A stretch of 64,000 bases of DNA, taken from the sequence record DRR378314_251; one strand, written 5' to 3'. This document shows, in pieces, positions 47,528 to 57,951 of this stretch (positions within the stretch are counted from its first letter, which is position 1; the number at the start of each line of letters is the position of its first letter). The notes beneath the pieces are model-generated. The model did no database searches, was not told the DNA's origin, and was given only the letters and a program-made list of their open reading frames with translations. A program made the position numbers and the translations under genes.

Positions 47528-48628
47528 TCAACCAAGGTGCCTGTCTGGAACGAGTGATATCTTGCCGACAAAAGACTTTGTCAAAAACAATTCCTGGGCT
47601 TCGACTATTCTGGAAATCGGAAATCGCGCTGCGATATGTGGGCGTAGCTTTCCTTCGCCAAGGTATGAAACAATATTCTCAAACACGACATCATCCTGTG
47701 CGGCGCAGCCAAAGAAGGTGAGATCGTTAAGGTAGAGGGTTCTCAGATCGAGATCGACCATGGGACCCGCTATGGCTCCAGCTGTAACATACCGACCGCC
47801 GCTTCGGAGCAAGCGGGGCAATTCACTGAATGCGTCGCCCCCTACAAGATCAACAACAACACTTAGGGCATTCAAGCCGATATGCTCTATCAGAGGCTGT
47901 CCACGTGGAATCACACGATCAGCACCCAACTCCCGCAACTTCTTCGCTTTGGCAGCAGACGCAACAGCAATAATTTCTGCACCTCGCATTTTCGCCAATT
48001 GGACCGCAGCCAGTCCAACGCCGCCAGAAGCTCCTGTTACGAGCAGCTTGTCTCCTGCCTTCACACCCGCCCGGACAAGCATGCCTTCAGCCGTCCCATA
48101 CGCGCAAGGAACAGCCCCGAGCTCTTCTGCGCTTAATGAACTATGTACTTCAAAGACATCCTGATCCGGCGCAATTACATAGTCAGAGAACCCGCCATCG
48201 CACTCCGACCCGAATGTCCAGCACTCGTGTTCCCGAAACGCCACGGGAGCTCTGAGCATTGTCCTGACAAGGACCCTCTGCCCTATTCTTGAGGGATCGA
48301 CATCTTGCCCCACTTCAACAATTCTACCATAGCAGTCGGCCCCCTGAATTCTCGGGAAGCAAATTGGCTGTCCCGTCCAGGATGCGTCATCCGGATTGGT
48401 GTCATGATATCCTTGGCACTCACCTTCGTTTGTTCCCGACAAGATTGTTTTCGAATACCAACCGATACGGGTGTTGATATCAGTGTTATTCACACTGGAA
48501 GATAATACCTCGATGAGGACATCCTTGTTACCTGGGACCGGGATCGGCAGATCCGTCCGGTAAAGCAACTTTTCAACGCCGCCGTGACCGGTCAGCTGAA
48601 CCCCCGACATGGTATTCGAATACGTCAC
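47528..48628 (-). CDS. MDR superfamily oxidoreductase (alcohol dehydrogenase / quinone oxidoreductase-like)
   Basis: VNNTDINTR, FPRIQGAD, TGASGGVG, GKI. Confidence 0.92.
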   Translation of the reverse strand: MTYSNTMSGVQLTGHGGVEKLLYRTDLPIPVPGNKDVLIEVLSSSVNNTDINTRIGWYSKTILSGTNEGECQGYHDTNPDDASWTGQPICFPRIQGADCYGRIVEVGQDVDPSRIGQRVLVRTMLRAPVAFREHECWTFGSECDGGFSDYVIAPDQDVFEVHSSLSAEELGAVPCAYGTAEGMLVRAGVKAGDKLLVTGASGGVGLAAVQLAKMRGAEIIAVASAAKAKKLRELGADRVIPRGQPLIEHIGLNALSVVVDLVGGDAFSELPRLLRSGGRYVTAGAIAGPMVDLDLRTLYLNDLTFFGCAAQDDVVFENIVSYLGEGKLRPHIAARFPISRIVEAQELFLTKSFVGKISLVPDRHLG

Positions 48629-49137
48629 ATTAATCCCCCTGATATTGCAAGTTGCTTAGCAAGGCTGATCGCCTCACTCGCGCCAATGACTGGTGCTAGC
48701 GCTGTGCTTCCTTCTATGAGCAGCACCAGGCTCGACGCCCTTACGCTTTCGCCGCCTGAAAGGTCCAGGCAAAGTTCTTGTAAAGACTGCTTGTAACCGT
48801 GAACGATCTCCGAAATCTCGTCGTTCTGATATTCACCCAACGCCCGCAAGAAAAGGCAGCCTGTTGCAGGATTTGTATCAAGCCAGATTTCGAGCCTATC
48901 AAATAATGCCTCGACAGGCCTGCTCGTATCTCGTGCGCTACGCAATTGCTCCACGAAGCGATGTGCGCGTTCGCGCAAAACTGACCCAGCCAATTCTGTT
49001 TTTGATCCAAAATACCTATACAGCGTTCGAGGAGAAACAGCCGCTTCCTGAATAAGCCGATCCATCGGAACGGCGTAAAAACCATTCTGTTCGAAAACAG
49101 ATTCTGCAGCCACCAGTATATCGTCTCGTTTACTCAT
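48625..49137 (-). CDS. TetR family regulator
   Basis: SKRDDILVAA...VSPRTLYRYFGSKTEL; GCLF. Confidence 0.92.
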   Translation of the reverse strand: MSKRDDILVAAESVFEQNGFYAVPMDRLIQEAAVSPRTLYRYFGSKTELAGSVLRERAHRFVEQLRSARDTSRPVEALFDRLEIWLDTNPATGCLFLRALGEYQNDEISEIVHGYKQSLQELCLDLSGGESVRASSLVLLIEGSTALAPVIGASEAISLAKQLAISGGLM

Positions 49138-49144
49138 ATGCATG

Positions 49145-49166
49145 ATGTATAACGTTCGTTATACAT
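49145..49166. promoter_or_regulatory. TetR autoregulatory operator
   Basis: ATGTATAACG-TT-CGTTATACAT perfect palindrome just upstream of tetR. Confidence 0.8.
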
Positions 49167-49437
49167 TTCAATCCTCCTCTATACATCCCCCAGATGTTTC
49201 GTCCGTATACTCTCTACACGCCCCCTTACATAAGTCCGATTATGCCAATAAACGCGCCTGTATATGGCGCTGCGCACCCGATTGTGCAGCTTCCATGAAC
49301 ACAGATGTTGACAAATTTCTCTCCTACACAGACCATTTTTTAGAGCCTGCACCCCATATCACCTATCGTGTTCGCCGTTATGAATCCTGGCCAAGGCCGC
49401 CCGTCCCAATGCGAAGGGTGAAGCAGAGATTTCCCGT

Positions 49438-50373
49438 ATGAATTTTTCCACAAATCGACTGAGCCTGGAAAAAGATCATAATGACCTTCATCTGTTTAGC
49501 ACCCTTGCGAAGACGGGAAGCTTTACGAAAGCAGCAGCTGCGCTGGGAATATCAAAGTCTCTCGTCAGCAAGCGACTGAGCGAGCTGGAGACGCGGCTGG
49601 GCGTGGTATTGGCTGAGCGTTCGACAAGGGGCTTGCGTCTGACACCGGCCGGCCAGGCTTTTCAATCCTCCGCTGAGATCGCCTTGGACGCTGCGCGCAG
49701 GGCATTTCAGACTGCACAAGCCTTTCAGATCAGGCCGCAGGGATTGGTTCGCATATCCGCCCCCATGTCGCTTGGGGCTCGCTACATTGCGCCGGAGCTC
49801 GGCCGTTTCCATCGCTCTTATCCCGATATCGCACTTGATCTCCACCTGGATGACATGACAGGCGGCAGCGATATTCACCGATACGATATTCAGCTCCTTC
49901 CTGATCGCCCGCGCCAAAAGGGACTAGTGATCAGACGACTGATCGATCTTGAGAGCGTCTTGACAGCATCATCAAATTATCCAGTAGACCTTACGACGCC
50001 ATCGGATCTGAGCAACCAAAACTGCCTGACCTTGGCCCGTGAAGGCCGTGCACCTGTCTGGAAATTCTCCGATCCGGATGGAGTCGTATGGGACGTGTTT
50101 CCAACAGGTTCGCTGAAGCTCAACAATAGTGATGCCTTGTGCACATCAGTCCTGAGCGGGCTTGGGATCGCGCGATTACCCCGATTCATAGCGGCGCCCC
50201 TGATGGTTGCTGGTGACTTGAAACCCCTGCTTGAAAACTATCGCATGCCTGCCAAGAATCTCTACATCGCTTTTCCGGAAGGTGCGGATACGGCTCCGGC
50301 CGTACGCGCCGTTACTGACTTCCTCATCTCCATATTCACGTCAAGCACACCACCTTGGGACATTAAAAAATGA
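49438..50373 (+). CDS. LysR family regulator (CrgA-like)
   Basis: GSFTKAAAALGISKSLVSKRLSELE, RSTRGLRLT, AVRAVTDFL. Confidence 0.92.
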   Translation: MNFSTNRLSLEKDHNDLHLFSTLAKTGSFTKAAAALGISKSLVSKRLSELETRLGVVLAERSTRGLRLTPAGQAFQSSAEIALDAARRAFQTAQAFQIRPQGLVRISAPMSLGARYIAPELGRFHRSYPDIALDLHLDDMTGGSDIHRYDIQLLPDRPRQKGLVIRRLIDLESVLTASSNYPVDLTTPSDLSNQNCLTLAREGRAPVWKFSDPDGVVWDVFPTGSLKLNNSDALCTSVLSGLGIARLPRFIAAPLMVAGDLKPLLENYRMPAKNLYIAFPEGADTAPAVRAVTDFLISIFTSSTPPWDIKK

Positions 50374-50491
50374 CTCAACGCCTTTGCATGTTCAGGCAAC
50401 TCTGTGTTTCCGTTTTCACGGATACTCCGGCCGTCACGGGCGGCTTAGTGTGCTCCTGTCGACCTACCGACAGTTCAAAAGGGAGTAACCT

Positions 50492-50947
50492 ATGTCCAGG
50501 CTTGAACACGTAAATCTTGTCGTTCCCGAAATAGATCCGACACTCAAATTTCTCGAATGTGCGTTGCCCGACTGGAGAGTTCGCGGCGAAGGCAAATCGG
50601 AATGGTATGGCCGACCACGCAAATGGCTGCATTTCGGAACCGATGATTTCTACATCACGCTGAACGAACCAGCTGACGGACCCAATCGCGACTTGCGTGG
50701 CCATGCGCCTGGTCTGGCGCATGTCGGCATAGAGGTCGACGACAGCGACGCCGTGGCCGAGCGACTGAAAGCCAAAGGCTATCCGGTGTCCACCATTGGT
50801 GCCGATCACCCTTATCGCAAGACAGTCTACTTCTTCGATCCAGCTGGCTTCGAATTTGAGTTTATCCAGTACCTGTCCGACAAGCCAGCCGAAAGAAACT
50901 TGTATGGCGGAGAGACGTCTTCTATTGAACGGATCGCCTCGGCATGA
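50492..50947 (+). CDS. VOC / glyoxalase family protein
   Basis: LEHVNLVV, HVGIEV, YFFDPAGFEFEF; GGGAG RBS. Confidence 0.92.
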   Translation: MSRLEHVNLVVPEIDPTLKFLECALPDWRVRGEGKSEWYGRPRKWLHFGTDDFYITLNEPADGPNRDLRGHAPGLAHVGIEVDDSDAVAERLKAKGYPVSTIGADHPYRKTVYFFDPAGFEFEFIQYLSDKPAERNLYGGETSSIERIASA

Positions 50948-51465
50948 CCCATCAGCGCAAAGCGTCAAGCACGTCGCTATCGGCGCCAGCTGGGCTCGCC
51001 TGCGAAGAAATCACACCAATAGCTCTGTACACGTAAAATGCCAGTAGAGCATGGGCCGGGCAGACAAGCGCGTCCCCGCTCCCCACGCGTGCCTCGCCCG
51101 GCCACCTTATTGCTACATCGGAGACCCTGCCCCAATGAACATTCTCGATAAGGCAACCTACACAAACTCACTTATATATATGCGCAGCTGGCGCTGGCAA
51201 TCTGGTGAGGGCTCGCTGCAAACGCGGAACCGGCGCTCTGTTTAAACCATGTTGCCGCCGTTTGTTCCCGGCCCCGTATACGTGCATGTCTCGCCAGGTA
51301 AAACAATCGACCAGCTCCTGATCCGTCTCGATCTTGCCAGACCGGCTCACCTTTGGACAGCGTCTCCGCAGAAAGCATGATCTGTTCCCTGCGCGCGATG
51401 CCCGTCGGCTTGCGGGCGGCCTGCTGGTGTTAACGGTGCGGCCGCTAGGGCTCCAAGAAGGACGC

Positions 51466-51735
51466 TTACTGGTCCTGAACTGCCAAGGAGTTTCCGAACC
51501 GGTCCTTAAAATAATTTGCAAGCCGCCTGGTCCAGCCAGGCTCATGCGCCGGGGTCATACCCTCGGCGGCCAGCACTGCATTGGCAAATTCAGTAGGTGT
51601 CAATTCCTGCCGTCCCTCCAGCAGGTCTTCCGCCTGAAGCCCGCGACAAAAGCCCAAATCCAGGCACACAGTTTCCAACAATGCCTGAAGGCACTCTGCG
51701 GCGAGGACGCGATCCTTTCGATCTGAATGCGTCAT
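51466..51735 (-). CDS. Hypothetical protein
   Basis: 89-aa ORF starting 3 nt after the hydrolase stop, with GGAG upstream; CLDLGFC motif. Confidence 0.6.
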   Translation of the reverse strand: MTHSDRKDRVLAAECLQALLETVCLDLGFCRGLQAEDLLEGRQELTPTEFANAVLAAEGMTPAHEPGWTRRLANYFKDRFGNSLAVQDQ

Positions 51736-51738
51736 GTC

Positions 51739-53055
51739 TCAGTCTCCAGTGACGGGCTTGTGACTAGGCCGTTTGATCTCCGCGCGGCCATAGGGCGGTA
51801 ACCATATCCCTTTCATGGCATCGACAGCGAGCCTGAAATACCCCTTTGAGAAACGGGTATATGTTCGCGTGCCATCATCATCCTCGATGAATTCGACAAT
51901 GCCATGATCAGTCTGCGGAAAGACCGCAAGTGTGACAGGCTTGTCCATGGCCTGCAGGGCTCTCAGCCGGGTTTCAGTCAGCTGGCCGGGTGCCTCCCGG
52001 TCACTTCCCGCCAGGATCCAATACTGAGGCATATCAAGTGACTGCAGGACCGCTAGGGCATCATGGTTCCAGGACGTACCGGAATCCTCGAAGCTTCCAG
52101 CTTGACCTGAACGCAATTCCGTTTCGGAGGCGCGCAGGAGGTCTCCGGTAAATTCACCTTCGATCATATTGTACCAGGGTTCTGCTTGAAATTGCGCTCG
52201 CACCGACAGCAACTGGTCGATTCCTTCTGCAAAACCGGACGCAACCACCCTGCCTGTCGCTTCTGTCAGGCCCCGGGCCTTGGCGATGACATCCTGCCCA
52301 TGGCCAGCGCGTCTCAATTCTTCAAAGACCTGTTCTGCATCTTCCTCGAGCGGCGACAAGACCAGCCCAAAGCCGACGACCAGAAAATCAGCTCCCGTCC
52401 GGCTAGCGGCTAATGGAGCGACCCACCCACCCTGGCTCCCGCCAAAATAGCCAAAGCGCGAGACCTTGTCGCCGTAACGGTGCCGCGCAGCACCAGCTAC
52501 GGTCGCTGCGTCGTCGGCGAGGACATGAAAATTCTGGGTGTAGGTCCCGGTTGAGCGGCCAGTACCCCGCTTGTCATAGACAACAACGTCAACGCCCTGA
52601 GCAGCAAAGAGGTATGGATAAGGTGACCAGCCGATCGTTGGGGTCGATTCCGATCCGTGGACAAAAACGACAAGCGGCCTTGGGTCATAATTCCTGACGG
52701 CCGAGACATGGCGGGTCACAATGCCCGCGCCTTCCGCGATTACATGTGCATCTTCCTCCGCAAACACAATGGGCTGAAACCCTACAAACTGGTTCGACCA
52801 ATAGCGGCCATTCAGGCACGAGAATTCGCCGCGGTCGCCGTCAAGCTCGCCGCGCCGCCCATCGACAAATGTATAGCGCGCCTTGCTGCCAGGTTCAGTC
52901 GAGCGGCGGTAGACCACGACCGTCGCACCGTCCTTCGTGTAGGCTCCGGGCAGGCAAGAGGTCGCCCCCTTGTCTGGCGAGCCTGATATGCAACTGGCCA
53001 GGGCGAGTGCTGAACAGAGTCCGGCGAGGCGAATAGCTGCAAGTGCACGCTTCAT
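51739..53055 (-). CDS. Alpha/beta hydrolase lipoprotein
   Basis: Lipobox LASC; VFVHGS, YDKRGTGRS, GGSQGGW, DH. Confidence 0.9.
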   Translation of the reverse strand: MKRALAAIRLAGLCSALALASCISGSPDKGATSCLPGAYTKDGATVVVYRRSTEPGSKARYTFVDGRRGELDGDRGEFSCLNGRYWSNQFVGFQPIVFAEEDAHVIAEGAGIVTRHVSAVRNYDPRPLVVFVHGSESTPTIGWSPYPYLFAAQGVDVVVYDKRGTGRSTGTYTQNFHVLADDAATVAGAARHRYGDKVSRFGYFGGSQGGWVAPLAASRTGADFLVVGFGLVLSPLEEDAEQVFEELRRAGHGQDVIAKARGLTEATGRVVASGFAEGIDQLLSVRAQFQAEPWYNMIEGEFTGDLLRASETELRSGQAGSFEDSGTSWNHDALAVLQSLDMPQYWILAGSDREAPGQLTETRLRALQAMDKPVTLAVFPQTDHGIVEFIEDDDGTRTYTRFSKGYFRLAVDAMKGIWLPPYGRAEIKRPSHKPVTGD

Positions 53056-53056
53056 G

Positions 53057-53545
53057 TCAGGCTGTTTCCGTCTGAGACGCAATGCGATGAAGGAGTGTTT
53101 GATGTCGTAGCTCAGCTTCAGCCCGGCACATGGCAGCAAAGAGCTGCCGCCCCTCACCTCCCACCAAGGCTGTCATGGCGACAGACAGATCCGCACAGAC
53201 CCGTTTCAATTTAATCGCATCCGCCTTGCCTCTTTTGGTCAGGAAAACACGGACTTTGCGTCCGTCGTCCCTATCAGGCCGCTTTTCAACCAGCCCCTTA
53301 TTCAGAAGCGGAAACATGCGGGCCGACACGGTCTGGTGGGACTGACCATCTATCCTGGCAAGTTCGGCAATGGTCGACGGCCCGAGCTGCTCAAGACACA
53401 GGACAACGGAAACCGAACGGACAGGCGTCTCGATCTCCTCGTCGGCGAGAATCTGTTCGGTCTGCTCACAGATCAGCGAATTTAATCGGTCGGCGGCATG
53501 TCCAAGGAATGCAGGCCGAAGGTCTTCCAGGCAGGCAAGCATCAT
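53057..53545 (-). CDS. MarR family regulator
   Basis: TIAELA...SHQTVS...KGLVEKRPDRDDGRKVRVFLTKRG. Confidence 0.9.
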   Translation of the reverse strand: MMLACLEDLRPAFLGHAADRLNSLICEQTEQILADEEIETPVRSVSVVLCLEQLGPSTIAELARIDGQSHQTVSARMFPLLNKGLVEKRPDRDDGRKVRVFLTKRGKADAIKLKRVCADLSVAMTALVGGEGRQLFAAMCRAEAELRHQTLLHRIASQTETA

Positions 53546-53551
53546 ACATCC

Positions 53552-53577
53552 TATTTATACATATTTTTGTACAAATA
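53552..53577. promoter_or_regulatory. MarR operator
   Basis: TATTTATACA-tatttt-TGTACAAATA (one mismatch) directly upstream of marR. Confidence 0.65.
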
Positions 53578-53958
53578 CTCGTATTCCTAGGGCGAGCAAC
53601 GGTCAAGTCGCCGGCAGGCCCCGTCGCCTTGGCTTGGAAGCCATCAATTTGACCTCGACCAGCATGGTGCCAAACGTCAGGATTGTTACGGGTATACGGG
53701 TGCCGACGATATATCAGGTCGAGGAGAACCGCACTCTGCCGAAACACGAGAAATTGAAACGAAAGGCGGTCAAACTGTGGCTCTTGCAGCATAGCTGGTC
53801 GGACGTTCAACCCAAATCTGAATGCGCAAGGCACTCCTTACTTCGCACAGCCTGATCTTCTTCACTATGCCTTATAACGGAAACATTGCCCCTATGAAAG
53901 AAAGCTCCCCGCCGATCCCCTTTTTCGCAAGAACAGCACTATGGTGCATTCGATCACT

Positions 53959-54810
53959 TCATGCCCCGGCGGTATCAGCTGTTGTGGTAAGCGCAATCAG
54001 TACGGCCCCGCAGATGATCACCAATATACCATAAAGTCTCCTGCCGGGTGGCCGCTCCTTCAGTACCAGGACGGCAAACAGCGTCGCAAAAACAACACTC
54101 GTTTCACGCAATGCCGAAACTGCGCCGACAGGCGCCAGGCGAAACGCTGCGAGCGCCGACGCATAGCCGATCGCAGACAAACCACCTCCTGCGAGCCCCC
54201 TCACCCCCTCTGCTCGCATTCTCGCCGGAAGCATGAGTCCACGCCGCCACCCGGCGATCAGGAGTATACCCACCCCCTCCAGCGTGAAGAACCAGACGAT
54301 GAAGGTTGAAAGATTGGTTGCGAGCCGCGCTCCTTGCGCATCAATGACGGAATAGACGCTGGTCAGCAGGCCGGCCGACAAGGCACTGAGGAGCCCAACC
54401 CATCGCAGCTTCACACCAAACGTCAGAAGAACCAGCCCGCTCGTTACGAGCAGGATCCCGACGAGAGCTCCATGAGGTAGACGATCCCCCAGAAAGGCAA
54501 CACCCAAGATCGCTGCGGCGACAGGTGCCATGCCTCGCGCCAGCGGATAGGCAACCGAAAAATCGAGGTTTCGATACGCTTCGATGAGTATGAGTTGATA
54601 CACAAGGTGAATTGCAACTGAGAGGAGTAGCCATCCCCAAAGCTGTGCTGACGGGAGCGGCACGAACCAAAGTAGCGGTAGAACCAGAACAGCCTCAACA
54701 CAGCCAATGATGGCTCTTATCACAAGCTTGTCGCCTGCCGCCTTCCAGACACCGTGCACACTTGCCTGCAGTCCCGCCGAGATCAGAGCTGCCAATAGAC
54801 CGAGTTCCAA
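53959..54810 (-). CDS. EamA/DMT family transporter
   Basis: DFSVAYPLARG, YSVIDAQG, VSALRETSV, LKE; TTG start inferred. Confidence 0.9.
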   Translation of the reverse strand: MELGLLAALISAGLQASVHGVWKAAGDKLVIRAIIGCVEAVLVLPLLWFVPLPSAQLWGWLLLSVAIHLVYQLILIEAYRNLDFSVAYPLARGMAPVAAAILGVAFLGDRLPHGALVGILLVTSGLVLLTFGVKLRWVGLLSALSAGLLTSVYSVIDAQGARLATNLSTFIVWFFTLEGVGILLIAGWRRGLMLPARMRAEGVRGLAGGGLSAIGYASALAAFRLAPVGAVSALRETSVVFATLFAVLVLKERPPGRRLYGILVIICGAVLIALTTTADTAGA

Positions 54811-55053
54811 CTGTACACCCCACTCATGCACCGCTTGCAGACGCCATACGTCCGAACGACGAAATTGCATCGTTCGAAGCTGAACGGTTGAAGAGGCTCG
54901 CTTCATCCTGCAAGGAGGCAGGTCCATCTCGTCTCTATGGCAATTGCCAGTTCAAGAGAAACCAACCGCCATGGCCAGTCCGTTCAATTTGATCGGCCAA
55001 TGGTAGCCAACTGCGAGACTATAGGCAGACGTCCTTGAATGGCGTTCCTTTTG

Positions 55054-55485
55054 CTATTCGTCCCCAAACGGAAGGTTGAAACTCTTCCCAAGCGCCTTGA
55101 CCAGAATTCTGTTTTGCCCTGGATAGACGACCACATCTCCTGGACAGCGCTCGCCAAATACCAGGAACCGGAAGATCTCATCCGAGGTGTTGACAATTCT
55201 GTGGGGAATCTGTTCTCCGGCCACAAATTTCACATGATCGCCAGAGGACAGTTCAAACACATCATCCCCATATTCCAGGCTTGCTGCACCAGAAAGAACG
55301 ATGACGTGTTCTTCTTCCTGTGTATGGAAATGCGCGATACTCGACGTGTCTGATGGCTCAATCTCTTCAATACGTACACCGATATTTGTGCCACTCAAAT
55401 CCAGGTATCGATAAGTTCCACCGGTACTTGCTTTACCAGTCATGTATTCTTCTGTGTTGATATTGGTAATCACCGGACGTGTCAT
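55054..55485 (-). CDS. Cupin domain protein
   Basis: HFHTQEEEHVIVLSG...PHRIVN; GGGAG RBS. Confidence 0.88.
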   Translation of the reverse strand: MTRPVITNINTEEYMTGKASTGGTYRYLDLSGTNIGVRIEEIEPSDTSSIAHFHTQEEEHVIVLSGAASLEYGDDVFELSSGDHVKFVAGEQIPHRIVNTSDEIFRFLVFGERCPGDVVVYPGQNRILVKALGKSFNLPFGDE

Positions 55486-55606
55486 TAAAATGCTCCCATG
55501 CGAGACACTCAGAATAACGAACGAGTCGGAGGTGAGAAAGGATGCGTCTACCCGCCTCAATCAGAAATTTTCCAGATATGGCATGCTAGTGTTCCCGGCT
55601 CATTCT

Positions 55607-56038
55607 TCAACGTGTCACGAGCTGGGTGCAGGCAAACCTCGCAATCTCCTTGCCATCACCATGACGCGCAAGACTGGCTTCCCAGACCTGGGTTCGTCGT
55701 CCGAGGTGCACACCTGTGGCGGTGGCGATCAAATCGCCCGCGCGCGCCGTGGAAATGAAACTTGTCTTCAATTCCAGCGTTACAAAGCCCTGGGCATCCT
55801 CAGGTAGACTGGCACGGCATCCCCAACCACAGACCGTGTCGCCGAATGTTGCCACAGCTCCACCATGAAGATACCCATTCGCCCCCAAATGATGAGGAGC
55901 GAGCGTGACAATTGCCCGGGCAAAACCAGGACCAGACTCGGTAAGGCGTAACCCCACATGGTCTATAAACGTGCCGGTTGCCCATCCGTTCAGTCTGTCA
56001 ACGTCCTGGCAAGGGCCACGCACAATCGTTTGAGTCAT
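55607..56038 (-). CDS. PaaI family thioesterase
   Basis: NGYLHGG...D, TLELKTSF, HLGRRTQVWE. Confidence 0.92.
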   Translation of the reverse strand: MTQTIVRGPCQDVDRLNGWATGTFIDHVGLRLTESGPGFARAIVTLAPHHLGANGYLHGGAVATFGDTVCGWGCRASLPEDAQGFVTLELKTSFISTARAGDLIATATGVHLGRRTQVWEASLARHGDGKEIARFACTQLVTR

Positions 56039-57951
56039 CTGTGAAACTCCACATTTAGTGCAAATTCTCCTACACGCCGCTCAACTACCTTTCGCACCTG
56101 AGCCGCGACATCTTCGCCATTGCTATGAATTCTGACGACGAGGCCCTTCTGTTCCGTCCGCACGACCTCTGCGTGAAGTCCTTCGCCTTCAGGCATTGAG
56201 CTCAACAGTTCGGCCATGACGCGGCCGACTTCCATTCGCCTGAGTTCCGGCTTGAAGATTTTACCGACCGCAGTCAGGGGCATGCTTTCGAGCACAAATA
56301 TCCGCTTTGGAATCGCGGCGCGTTCCGGAATCTCAGTCCGGGCAAAGTTCAGCAACTCTTCTTCGGCAACGCCTGTCCCTTCCCTGAGCGTCACAAAGGC
56401 AATCGGCACTTCTCCAACACGCGCGTCGGGTGAACCAAGGGCGGCAACCAGATCTACGCCGGGATGCTTTTCGATCGCATTTTCAATCATCGCAGGATCG
56501 ATATTGTGCCCACCGCGGATGATGAGGTCTTTCTTTCGCCCTGTCAGAAACAGGAAGCCCTGCCCGTCCATCCGCCCCATATCGCCAGTATTGTACCAAT
56601 CGTCACCATCCAGGCGAAACCAGCACGAATCATTGTCTTTTTCAGACAGGTATCCTTTGAATACATTCGGCCCACGGATGGCAATAATTCCCGTCTCACC
56701 ATGCGGCTGTCTGACCGCATCTTCAGATCTGTCGCAATCCTTGACAATCGCAATGTCCTGATAAGGAAGCCGTAGCCCGACGCTTCCCTCAGGACGAGTG
56801 CCGAAGCCAGGCGTTATCGTCGAAACGCAAGCCCCCTCTGTGCACCCATAGCCCTCCACCATGGGCACACCTATCTCCTTTTCAAATCCGAGAATGGTTG
56901 AACTTGAAATAGGCGCTGCGCCACAGATAACGAACTCGAGCGACGAAATATCGAATTCATCAATTGGCTGCTCCAGAAGCCTCTGATAAATCGTCGGGAC
57001 CGCACTCACGCTCCCTACTTTATGGGTCTCGACGATCTTCCAGAAATTCTCGATCACCCCCGCGGCACGAAATCCTTCCGGGGGACCCAGCAGGACCGTG
57101 GCGCCGTTGAGCCAACTGAGCAGCCCGGTTACAATGACACCATTAACATGAAACAAGGGAAGACCGCAGAAAATGGTTTTGTTGTCTTCCAGAAACCGAT
57201 TGTTCGCCCCCGCCCAGGCCGAAAACACCTGATTGGCATGAGACAGTTGAGCGATTTTCGGCGTTCCGGTCGTACCCCCTGTATGAAACAAGGCTGCGGT
57301 ATCTTGCGGGTGGCGTTCCGGAAGGACTTGTCCTTCCCCCAGCTGCATCAGCTCGTTCAGAGATATTATTCTTAATCCTCTATCGTAGCGATCCGATGCC
57401 TCCGCCGGGAGGGTCGTCGCCGATGCCGTACCGCCGGCATAGATAGACGGATTGACCGTCACAATTGTGTGGACATGCTCACCGGATCGGGCGGCTTCGA
57501 CGGCTTTTTCATAGAGATCCGAACCACTCCCCGGATCCAGCGTAACCAGGAACTCGCTTCCGGCTGCCCCGATGATATTGGACATCTGTGACGGTTCCAG
57601 GAGCGGGTTGACCGGATTTGCAGCACCCGCCATCTGGGCGCCCCACAATGCGAAATGCGTTTCCGGGAGATTGGGCAAGACGATTGATACGATAGGATTT
57701 GTACGGATCGATGCCGCCAGGAAGCCGCAAGCCACCCGGCTGATCGCCTCAATGAGATCGTCATAGGAAAACCTGTACACATGATTGGGCGTGGATGCGT
57801 CAGGCATGAAGACAAGTGCATCCCGCCCGCCCGAGGACGCCCCGCCCCGACGGATGGCATCCAGCACAGTGCCCGGAAGTTCACGGGCCTCCAGCGAAAT
57901 CTCTTCAGCGGCCAAGACATCAGAATAAGACACAACTCCCATCACTGGCAT
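56035..57951 (-). CDS. Acyl-CoA synthetase (AMP-binding)
   Basis: FHTGGTTGTPK, EGYGCTE, TGDMG, GRKKDLIIRGG, PLTAVGKI. Confidence 0.94.
   Translation of the reverse strand: MPVMGVVSYSDVLAAEEISLEARELPGTVLDAIRRGGASSGGRDALVFMPDASTPNHVYRFSYDDLIEAISRVACGFLAASIRTNPIVSIVLPNLPETHFALWGAQMAGAANPVNPLLEPSQMSNIIGAAGSEFLVTLDPGSGSDLYEKAVEAARSGEHVHTIVTVNPSIYAGGTASATTLPAEASDRYDRGLRIISLNELMQLGEGQVLPERHPQDTAALFHTGGTTGTPKIAQLSHANQVFSAWAGANNRFLEDNKTIFCGLPLFHVNGVIVTGLLSWLNGATVLLGPPEGFRAAGVIENFWKIVETHKVGSVSAVPTIYQRLLEQPIDEFDISSLEFVICGAAPISSSTILGFEKEIGVPMVEGYGCTEGACVSTITPGFGTRPEGSVGLRLPYQDIAIVKDCDRSEDAVRQPHGETGIIAIRGPNVFKGYLSEKDNDSCWFRLDGDDWYNTGDMGRMDGQGFLFLTGRKKDLIIRGGHNIDPAMIENAIEKHPGVDLVAALGSPDARVGEVPIAFVTLREGTGVAEEELLNFARTEIPERAAIPKRIFVLESMPLTAVGKIFKPELRRMEVGRVMAELLSSMPEGEGLHAEVVRTEQKGLVVRIHSNGEDVAAQVRKVVERRVGEFALNVEFHR

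Noticed and set aside
51054-51103. GC-rich interrupted hairpin
   Set aside because: No U-tract or recognisable RNA family; may be chance
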